From Bacilli bacterium (GTDB taxonomy: Bacteria; Bacillota_I; Bacilli_A; RF39; UBA660): DNA of 64,000 nt. The position numbers and the translations under genes were made by a program. The DNA is taken from NCBI GenBank assembly GCA_045125935.1, contig JBGVNW010000056.1, positions 715 through 64,714 of the forward strand, read 5' to 3'. Position 1 is the stretch's first letter; each line of letters starts with the position of its first letter. Below are positions 18,428 to 26,235 of this stretch, piece after piece. The notes beneath the pieces are model-generated. The model was not told where the DNA came from. It made no database searches and saw only the letters and a list, made by a program, of their open reading frames with translations.

Positions 18428-19387
18428 CTACTTATTTTTTAGATGGTAAATTTGACAATATACTTTTGATAAAAATTTACTCTTTTCAATGGTTCTTCTT
18501 ATAAAGCCTCTGTTTTCATAATAAATGTTATTCTTATAGTTTGGAACATAAGTTTTCATATATGAAAATGTTTCATCAATAAACTGCATTCCTACTTTAA
18601 TATCTCTTTGATTACGTTGTTGGATTGTGTAATTAGTAAGAATTTTGACTATAAGTTTTTTTACAGTATCTTGCATATAGTCTTTATCTTTAAAATAAAG
18701 TCTAATCATATCAACTATCTTTAAAATATCAAATGTTCTTGCATCTCTAACCGTTGTTTCACTATTGCCACGAATAAGGTAGTAATTTAGGCGTTTATTT
18801 ATTTTGGATATTTTAGTAGCCTTATCAAAGGCTTCCGCAACAAAAGGTGCATCCTCATACTTTAAATCTTCAACAAATCTAAGTTTATTTTCTTTTATTA
18901 ATGATGTTTTATAGAGCTTATTCCATGGTGCTAAATTAACATCTAATAATAAATTTGGAGTCTTCTCTAGAGTTGTTGGTTTAAAATCTAACAACTTAAT
19001 TTCTTCTAAATTACCATTTTCATATATTTTATAGAAATCACAAATAACTAGATCACTTTTATCTTTCTTCGCTTTTAAATATAATTCTTCACAGGCACTC
19101 TTTTCCAAATAATCATCACTGTCAATAAACATAAGATAAGCACCGGTTGCTTTTTCAATACCAAAATTTCTTGTTTTTCCAATCCCTTGATTTTTATTTT
19201 TAAAATATTTAATTCTTTTATCAGAATATTTTTTGATGATTTTTTCTGTTGAATCAGTTGAGCCATCGTTGACAAGAATAAATTCTAATTCTTTCTTTGT
19301 TTGGTTCAGTAATGAGTTTAGACACTTATCAATATACTTTTCTGCATTGTATATTGGAACAATTATAGAGATTACTTCATTTTTCAT
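18428..19387 (-). CDS. Glycosyltransferase family 2
   Basis: Motifs are ISIIVPIYNAEKYIDKCLNSLLNQT, VNDGSTD and FIDSDDY. Confidence 0.8.
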   Translation of the reverse strand: MKNEVISIIVPIYNAEKYIDKCLNSLLNQTKKELEFILVNDGSTDSTEKIIKKYSDKRIKYFKNKNQGIGKTRNFGIEKATGAYLMFIDSDDYLEKSACEELYLKAKKDKSDLVICDFYKIYENGNLEEIKLLDFKPTTLEKTPNLLLDVNLAPWNKLYKTSLIKENKLRFVEDLKYEDAPFVAEAFDKATKISKINKRLNYYLIRGNSETTVRDARTFDILKIVDMIRLYFKDKDYMQDTVKKLIVKILTNYTIQQRNQRDIKVGMQFIDETFSYMKTYVPNYKNNIYYENRGFIRRTIEKSKFLSKVYCQIYHLKNK

Positions 19388-19407
19388 ATTTAGCCTACTT
19401 TCTATTA

Positions 19408-20322
19408 CTATTTCATAATTTTATAGTAAAGTTTTGGGGATATTTTTATAATTAATTTCTTTATTCTTCTGGTTCTTGTATCAACTAGTAAATTTTCAAA
19501 TACTTTTTCTTGTTTTAATATCTTTAAATACCTATGATAATCTTTATTTTTTAGTTCTGTTATTTTTAAGATTAAACTATTTGAAATAAAGCTTTTGAAA
19601 TGATTTGAGTTTAAGCTTGTTTTGTCTATTTCTTTTAATAAAAACTGATAATGATTATAAAAATCTATTACTTTTTTCTTTGTCTTATCATAATCCTCAC
19701 TACTCATGATACTATTTTGTCGTTGAAGGTAATTATATCCAATATAAGAAATACTGTTTACTACTTTGGCTTTTATAATAACTAGTGGAATAAGACCAAA
19801 GTCTTCATGAATAGTGCCCTTTTTAAATTCAAAATTTTCTTCTAGATAATATTTTCTTTTAATAGCATAACACCAAGCATTTTCAACGAAATGATAATCT
19901 GTAATTTTTTTGAAGGCTTTTTCGCCGCTTAGACCAGTAAAAGCTCTTTCTTTATATTCAACTATTTTATCAGGATATTTTTCTTTGATTTGGAATCTAA
20001 CTAAATCAGGATTGTTTTTTAGTGATTTTTTTATTTCACAGAGAAGATTTTTCTCTAAATAATCATCACTATCTAAGAAAAGAAGATATTCCCCTTTTGC
20101 TTCTTTTACCCCTCTATTACGTGCAGCGCTTAAACCACTATTTTCTTGATTAATTATTTTTACTTTATATTTTTTAGCAATTTCCATACTGTTATCTTTG
20201 GTTCCGTCATTAACAACTATTACTTCAAAATCTTTTTCAGTTTGAGCAAAAACACTATCAAGACATTTTTTAATATACTCCTCTACATTATATACTGGTA
20301 TTATGATACTAAACTTTGGCAT
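19408..20322 (-). CDS. Glycosyltransferase family 2
   Basis: Motifs are FSIIIPVYNVEEYIKKCLDSVFAQT, VNDGTKD and FLDSDDY. The start overlaps the upstream stop (TAATG). Confidence 0.8.
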   Translation of the reverse strand: MPKFSIIIPVYNVEEYIKKCLDSVFAQTEKDFEVIVVNDGTKDNSMEIAKKYKVKIINQENSGLSAARNRGVKEAKGEYLLFLDSDDYLEKNLLCEIKKSLKNNPDLVRFQIKEKYPDKIVEYKERAFTGLSGEKAFKKITDYHFVENAWCYAIKRKYYLEENFEFKKGTIHEDFGLIPLVIIKAKVVNSISYIGYNYLQRQNSIMSSEDYDKTKKKVIDFYNHYQFLLKEIDKTSLNSNHFKSFISNSLILKITELKNKDYHRYLKILKQEKVFENLLVDTRTRRIKKLIIKISPKLYYKIMK

Positions 20323-22628
20323 TACTTCACCTCATCAAATATTTTTTCTAAATTTTGCATTCGTTCTTTTTGAACTTTATCAAAATCAATAGTTTTTGTT
20401 TTTATGTTCTTTTCTAAGATTGACTTTACTTTTTCTAACATTTTCTTTTCTTCTTTTGGAATAATTACTGCGAAATCTTTTCCTATATTTATTTTATCAT
20501 CACTAACATCTATTGTTGTGATAATTGGTTTATTTAAAACAATTGCTTCTAAATACGTTACAGGAAAACCTTCATAATCAGATGTTAAAATAATATAATC
20601 TGCCTTTACCATATATGGATATGGATTAGTCTTTTTACCAAAGAAAATTACTCTATCTTTTATTTTTAACTTTTTAGTAGTATCTTCATACATTTTTCGA
20701 TCTGGTCCATCACCAATTATCCATAACTGTGTATCTTTTAAATTACTGATAAGATTAAGTATGCGTGTTACTTTCTTAGAAGAATCATCTAATCTACCGA
20801 CAAAAACAAATAATCTTTTATTTTTTTCAACAGTAATCTTTTCTTTAGATAAAGTCTTTATTTTAGATACATTAATAAAATTATTAAATACTAGACATTT
20901 ATCATTTAGTTGTGGATAAAGTTCTAAAAAATCAGTCTTTGACTCATTAGATACAAATATCAAATATTTAAAGTCATTAATATTTCTGGTATCAAAAAAA
21001 TCTTTGACGTCCTTTTCTTCCTTATATGTATATCTATAATTACTGTGAACATATAAGGCATTATTTTTTGAGGCAATACGTGTAATTTTATTACCACTTA
21101 AGCTATATGTTGCGTAGCAACAACTAAAGTCATAATTATTATAGTTTATAATCGCAAAATTTAATTTTCTAATAAAATTTATAGCTTTACGAATAATTTT
21201 ATTTTTGTTAGTAGAAACTTTTAGTTCTTGAACTTTAACTTTTTCTGGAACATCATCTAAGAAGATACCCTTTTTCTCTTCTAAGACTAAAGTAACATTA
21301 TACTTATCATAATTAATATTATTTAGCAAATTAATAAGAGCTGTTTCTATTCCTCCTAAATCCAAATTGTACGCAGTAAATAATAAACTACGTTTCTTAT
21401 TACAGTCTAGCGATAAAATTACAATCGCAACAATGATACTTACTGCTGGAGCGGTAATTATGTGACCAGTAAAGAAAGATAATAAAACTATTAGTAAAAA
21501 GCTTACATTTGTCATATACATATCAAAATTATATACTCTTTTTTGAAAAGCAAACTTTAATAAGACATAAATTGGTATAAACATAAAAAGTATAAAACCG
21601 ATAAGTCCATGGCTAAAATAAATATCATAATAATCCATTTCGATTAATTTAGTTGTCTTATTTTCATTAATATAACCTATTCCAAATAGTTTTTGATATA
21701 GACTAGAATCCTTATATTTATATGATTTATCCGTATAAAAAGTAAGTCTTTCACTAAAAATGAAATGATCTATTAATTGTTCATCTTCTAGAACTTCAAC
21801 AATACTATTTATTTTTAAAAATTCTAGATGAACTTTAATATTTTTATAAAAGTTTGTTTTAGGAATTACTATTATTAAAGATAAAGCTCCTATTACAACA
21901 ACTAAAAATGATAGTAATATTGGTTTATACTTTTTCATTTTAAAGTAGTGGCCTATTATCCATAAAAAAGTCATTCCAATAGTTATTAAAAGTGCAAGTA
22001 AAGGTGTCTTTGTTCCAATAGTTAGAATTACAAATAAATATAGTAAAGAAAATAAGATTTTTAAAAGTAGACCTTTTGTTTCCTTAAATAAGATAAATAC
22101 AAGTGGCGTAATAATTGAAATAATACCACTTATTTCATTCGCAGAATTATAAAAACCTAAAGTACCCGTCTTAGTTACTTGGTATGTTTTAAAACCTACA
22201 TTTAATAAAATTGGGATAAAGATCGAAATCAAATAGATAAATAATGTTGCTATTAAAGTTAATTTACTTATTCTTATTTCATCTTTTAAATCATATAAAG
22301 ATATAAGAAGTAATGGAAAATAAAAGACTCTTAATAAACCTTGAAGCTCACTAAAAATACTTATATCTTTAAAAATAATATTTCCAAGTAAATATAGACA
22401 TGCATAACAAGCAAATAATAAATAATAGATAAGAGATTTTTTCTTTTTAAAGACAAAAACTGTAGAATACATTATAAATAATAGAAATAACATTCTAATA
22501 ACTATACCAAGTGTTAAGTTTAAATTAAAGATATTAAGACAAATACCAGTAATTAAATCAATTATTGGCTGTAAAATAATAAAGATAGTTAAATACTTAC
22601 TAAAATTTTGCTTTATAACTTTATTCAT
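20322..22628 (-). CDS. Fusion: O-antigen ligase/polymerase-like (Wzy_C-type) polytopic domain + C-terminal GT4 glycosyltransferase
   Basis: The N-terminal 440 aa have about 12 TM segments and an FGIGYINE...DIYFSHGLIGFILF loop resembling the O-antigen ligase family. The C-terminal GT4 has an EX7E region (DYEGFPVTYLEAIVLNKPIITT). I moved the start to ATG 22628, preceded by AAAGGTGGG. Confidence 0.65.
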   Translation of the reverse strand: MNKVIKQNFSKYLTIFIILQPIIDLITGICLNIFNLNLTLGIVIRMLFLLFIMYSTVFVFKKKKSLIYYLLFACYACLYLLGNIIFKDISIFSELQGLLRVFYFPLLLISLYDLKDEIRISKLTLIATLFIYLISIFIPILLNVGFKTYQVTKTGTLGFYNSANEISGIISIITPLVFILFKETKGLLLKILFSLLYLFVILTIGTKTPLLALLITIGMTFLWIIGHYFKMKKYKPILLSFLVVVIGALSLIIVIPKTNFYKNIKVHLEFLKINSIVEVLEDEQLIDHFIFSERLTFYTDKSYKYKDSSLYQKLFGIGYINENKTTKLIEMDYYDIYFSHGLIGFILFMFIPIYVLLKFAFQKRVYNFDMYMTNVSFLLIVLLSFFTGHIITAPAVSIIVAIVILSLDCNKKRSLLFTAYNLDLGGIETALINLLNNINYDKYNVTLVLEEKKGIFLDDVPEKVKVQELKVSTNKNKIIRKAINFIRKLNFAIINYNNYDFSCCYATYSLSGNKITRIASKNNALYVHSNYRYTYKEEKDVKDFFDTRNINDFKYLIFVSNESKTDFLELYPQLNDKCLVFNNFINVSKIKTLSKEKITVEKNKRLFVFVGRLDDSSKKVTRILNLISNLKDTQLWIIGDGPDRKMYEDTTKKLKIKDRVIFFGKKTNPYPYMVKADYIILTSDYEGFPVTYLEAIVLNKPIITTIDVSDDKINIGKDFAVIIPKEEKKMLEKVKSILEKNIKTKTIDFDKVQKERMQNLEKIFDEVK

Positions 22629-22652
22629 AAAGTACCCACCTTTTCTAATTCG

Positions 22653-22661
22653 ATTATAACA
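22653..22661 (-). promoter_or_regulatory. Extended -10 promoter (TGTTATAAT) heading the minus-strand glycan locus
   Basis: Minus-strand TGTTATAAT, 25 nt upstream of ATG 22628. The -35 is weak. Confidence 0.45.
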
Positions 22662-22739
22662 TAAATACTGACATTTTTCTATTTTCTTGGGAAAACCCAA
22701 CTTTTAGACATTCTTTGACAGTTCAAATTATCGTATTTG

Positions 22740-22768
22740 TTTATATTTTACATTAATTATTGTATAAT
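22740..22768 (+). promoter_or_regulatory. Candidate promoter of the PASTA-protein gene
   Basis: TTTATA (22740-22745), a 17-nt spacer, then TATAAT (22763-22768). The GAGGTGA RBS is at 22781. Confidence 0.45.
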
Positions 22769-22792
22769 TATATTAAGATTGAGGTGATATGC

Positions 22793-24772
22793 TTGTCTAA
22801 GAAAAATAATAAAAATAGGACTTTAAAAAATGAAGAGTTTAAAGATAAAAATAAGAAAATAGATGATAAGAAAGTTACTGAGAAAAAGATAGAGATTAAG
22901 GAAGAAAAGAAAGAGTTAAAAAGTAATATAGAAAGAAAAGAAAAAGTTTCTAATACTGAAAGAAATACAGTAAAGGTCATTAAGAGAAAAAACTCTCTTT
23001 TCTTAAATATTTTAATTGTATTAGTATTACTTAGTGGAGGAGCTTATTTTATTACTTCTTTATTAAATTATAATACATTAGGTGATATTGTGAATGGTTT
23101 ACTACTACTAGGAATTACAATATTTTTTATCGCAGCTTGTTGTACTAATCCTAGTAAAAAGAAAGGAAGTAGTTATTTAGCCTTAATTATACTTTTTATT
23201 TATCAATTACTTGGTAGTTTAGTAAATTATGGAATAATTACTTGGCCTACTAATACAATTGGTAATTTTGTTGGTAAGAGTCTAACAGAAGTTATTGAAT
23301 GGTCTAATAAAAATGATATTACACTTACACAACAGTATGAATATAGTGACTTAATTCCAGAATATCATGTTATTTATCAAGATGTTGATCCTGGAACTAA
23401 GATAAATAATATTAAAAAACTTTCTGTTTCAATTAGTGAAGGACCTAGTCCTTATAAGGAAATAGTTATTCCTAATATGGTTGGTTGGGACACTGATGCA
23501 GTTTTAGAATTTATTGAGGAAAATCATTTAACTAATGTTTTAGTTGAGTTTGTACAAAGTAGTGAAAAAGAAAATTGTTTAATTGAACAAAGTAAAAGTG
23601 GTAATATAAAGAGAAATGATGAAATTAAATTTACTTTTTCTTATGGTGAGGAAAGATCTTATAGTGAAGTTAAATTGATCGATTTAACTAATAAGAGTAA
23701 ATTTGAAGCAGAGTTTTATTTAAAACAGTATGGTATTAAATATGAATTTGATTATGGCTTTTCAGATGATATTGAACGTGGTAATGTAATTACACAGGAT
23801 ATTGCTCCAGGAACAACAATTTCAATTAGTGGTGATGATGTAAAAACTATTAAAGTTACAATTAGTAAAGGTCCCAAAATTATAGTTCCAGATTTAACAA
23901 AATTAAGTGTTGCAGAAATTACTGATTGGGTTATTAAAAATAATTTAAAAATAGAATTTAAAGATCGTTATGATGATACTGTAGAAGAAAATGGGGTTGC
24001 AGATGTTAATTATAAAAAAGATGATGTTATTGAAGAAGGTACATTAATTACAGTTACTATTTCTAAAGGTAAATTAACTATGCAAGATTTTGATTCATAT
24101 AGTCAATTTAGAGAATGGGCTGACAAATATGGTATTACTTATGAGGAACAGCATGAATTTAATAATGATGTTGCTGCGGGAGATGTAATTAAATATTCAT
24201 ATGAGGTTGGATCTACCATTAAAAATGGCGATGTTGTAGTTGTGACAATATCTGATGGTAAAAAAGTATCAGTACCAAATGTTGTTGGATTGACTAAGAC
24301 TCAAGCAACTAATAAATTAAGTGATGCTGGATTAGGATATAGTTTTGTTTATAAATATAGTAGTAGCGTTGCTCAAGGAAAAGCAATTAGTCAATCAATT
24401 AGTTACGGAGCTGAAGTTTCCAAAGGTACAACTGTTACAGTTACAATAAGTAATGGTCCAAAGCCAACAAGTAGTAATTCAGGTAGTAGTTCAAGCAGCA
24501 GTTCAAGTAGTTCTTCTACTGTTACATGTACTCCTAAAACTTATACAATCGGCAGAGAATTAAATAATATATTTGCTAATTACTCTGGATTTGATACCGT
24601 TAAAGCACAATTATATTCATTCTTTGCAAGTAATTATCCAAATGTAAAAATTAGTGTTGTTGGTGTTGATGGTGGAGATGCTACTAGTGGTTCTTATATT
24701 AGTGGTATTGGTCCAGGAAGTTCTATTACAAGTTGTAATAGTTCTGCTTATACAATTCAAATTGCTAAATAA
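22793..24772 (+). CDS. Membrane protein with about six PASTA domains, a poly-Ser linker and a C-terminal domain (no kinase or PBP domain)
   Basis: It has a Lys/Glu-rich N-terminus and 3 TM segments. Repeated PASTA-like units follow, for example VPNVVGLTKTQATNKLSDAGL...VTVTISNG. I put the start at TTG 22793, 5 nt after the GAGGTGA RBS. The track start at 22760 lies inside the -10 box region. Confidence 0.7.
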   Translation: MSKKNNKNRTLKNEEFKDKNKKIDDKKVTEKKIEIKEEKKELKSNIERKEKVSNTERNTVKVIKRKNSLFLNILIVLVLLSGGAYFITSLLNYNTLGDIVNGLLLLGITIFFIAACCTNPSKKKGSSYLALIILFIYQLLGSLVNYGIITWPTNTIGNFVGKSLTEVIEWSNKNDITLTQQYEYSDLIPEYHVIYQDVDPGTKINNIKKLSVSISEGPSPYKEIVIPNMVGWDTDAVLEFIEENHLTNVLVEFVQSSEKENCLIEQSKSGNIKRNDEIKFTFSYGEERSYSEVKLIDLTNKSKFEAEFYLKQYGIKYEFDYGFSDDIERGNVITQDIAPGTTISISGDDVKTIKVTISKGPKIIVPDLTKLSVAEITDWVIKNNLKIEFKDRYDDTVEENGVADVNYKKDDVIEEGTLITVTISKGKLTMQDFDSYSQFREWADKYGITYEEQHEFNNDVAAGDVIKYSYEVGSTIKNGDVVVVTISDGKKVSVPNVVGLTKTQATNKLSDAGLGYSFVYKYSSSVAQGKAISQSISYGAEVSKGTTVTVTISNGPKPTSSNSGSSSSSSSSSSSTVTCTPKTYTIGRELNNIFANYSGFDTVKAQLYSFFASNYPNVKISVVGVDGGDATSGSYISGIGPGSSITSCNSSAYTIQIAK

Positions 24773-24774
24773 AA

Positions 24775-24806
24775 AAATACTTCCTTACTTGGGAAGTATT
24801 TTTTTG
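24775..24806 (+). terminator. Rho-independent terminator
   Basis: AAATACTTCC-TTACTTG-GGAAGTATTT followed by TTTT, 3 nt after the stop codon. Confidence 0.8.
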
Positions 24807-25266
24807 TAAAGGATTAAAACTAAGTAATTAGTTTCTCTATTAATTTTGAACTTACATATGTAATAAAATGTTCAACTATACTCTGTTTTACTTATTTTAT
24901 TACCCCTGATAATATCTACTTATTCTCAACTACTGTTATTTTGTTATAATAAATTTTTTGTTCTAATCCAGAAATATTTTTAGACTTAAAGTTAATGATC
25001 ACTGTAATTAGTGATGAGGTTTTTACATTTTCATAAATTCACCTTCTATATTCATAATCATACTAATTATATTTCTAGTACATGAACTTATTTCTTATAG
25101 ATTTTTAATATTTTATTTTTTCACTATTTTTATTACAACTGTTATTAATACTATAATTCCTAGGACGAGCATTACTTTTCCAAATATTGTGTCATAAGAA
25201 ATGCTCCCCATCCCAATGAAACTACCACCAACAGCACTAAGTGTACCTATTCCTGCTTTTTGTTTT

Positions 25267-26103
25267 TCATAAATTCTCCTCGTCTATCCAAGATACTATG
25301 TCCTGAATCATTTCTTTAGTTAAATATTCACATTCAAGAGTATTATTTTCATGACCATGATAATCAGTTCCGCAAGAAACTAATAAATTATTTTCCTTAG
25401 CAAATTTATACAAATAAGCAACTTCTTCTTTAGATTTCGGATTATTACAAATCTCTATTCCATCTACATAGTCTTTTACATCATTTAAAACATCTTCAAC
25501 GTGGAGATGGTAGTGGAATGGATGTGCTAAAAATACTTTACCTTTATTTTGATGAATTACTTCTTGTAATTCTTTTAAATCTGGCCATACTAAGTGCATA
25601 TCAATATATAACGGAAAGTCTTTATCAATTGTGCCTAATCTGTATAAATCCCCTGGTCGGGTAATATTATATTTATTTAGAAACATTTCATTTAGCATTC
25701 TGTATATACCAAAATGAGCATATTCTTTACTTGAATCGTATGTATTAACTTCAGTTAACTCTATTCCTTTTTCATTACAAAGCTCAACTAACTTATTAAA
25801 TATCTTTTGTTGCCTTTTAGCGACCGTTTGATATTTTTCTTTGGCATAATTTAAAACATTATCTAGGTTAAAACCATAACAAACAAAATCATAAGTATGG
25901 TTATTAATTATAGCATCAGCTTCAAGACCAGTTATTACTTTAATTTCTTGGTTTAAACTAATTTTTTTATATGCTTCACACGTGTTGTGGTCAGTAATAG
26001 ATACTATATCATGCCCCGTATCTTTTAGCTTTTTTATTAGTTCATCTGGTTCAAATACTCCATCCAATGAACAGTTTGAATGTGTATGTAGATTTATTTT
26101 CAT
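25267..26103 (-). CDS. PHP-domain metal-dependent phosphoesterase
   Basis: Motifs are INLHTHSNCSLDG, SITDHNT, LAHPF and GTDYHGH. Confidence 0.75.
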   Translation of the reverse strand: MKINLHTHSNCSLDGVFEPDELIKKLKDTGHDIVSITDHNTCEAYKKISLNQEIKVITGLEADAIINNHTYDFVCYGFNLDNVLNYAKEKYQTVAKRQQKIFNKLVELCNEKGIELTEVNTYDSSKEYAHFGIYRMLNEMFLNKYNITRPGDLYRLGTIDKDFPLYIDMHLVWPDLKELQEVIHQNKGKVFLAHPFHYHLHVEDVLNDVKDYVDGIEICNNPKSKEEVAYLYKFAKENNLLVSCGTDYHGHENNTLECEYLTKEMIQDIVSWIDEENL

Positions 26104-26170
26104 AATGACTCCTTTTATTATGTTGATTGTATCATGTATGATTTAAGTTGTAAATTAAAGAAAAATTAAT

Positions 26171-26209
26171 TATATAAAAACCTCGTTTCCTATGTCTAAG
26201 AAACGGGGT
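26171..26209 (-). terminator. Terminator hairpin after the ABC gene; solo copy of the IS3-relic end sequence
   Basis: Minus strand reads CCCCGTTTC-loop-GAAACGAGG followed by TTTTTATATAA, 27 nt after stop 26236. The arms and flanks match 36573-36617 (17 of 17 nt and 18 of 18 nt). Confidence 0.7.
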
Positions 26210-26235
26210 TCATATCAAATCTATTTACTTAATAA

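Noticed and set aside
24472-24520. The poly-Ser tract in the PASTA protein, considered as a slipped-strand phase-variation site.
   Set aside because: It is encoded by mixed AGT/AGC/TCA/TCT codons, not a homogeneous short tandem repeat.
24810-25112. A ~300-bp gene-free stretch after the PASTA gene. It contains a TGTTATAAT (24942-24950), an ATCACT-N6-AGTGAT palindrome and tiny ORFs (MKM-stop after GAAGGTGA).
   Set aside because: No ORF exceeds 13 codons, there is no recognisable RNA motif and no relic protein similarity in any frame. I left it unannotated.
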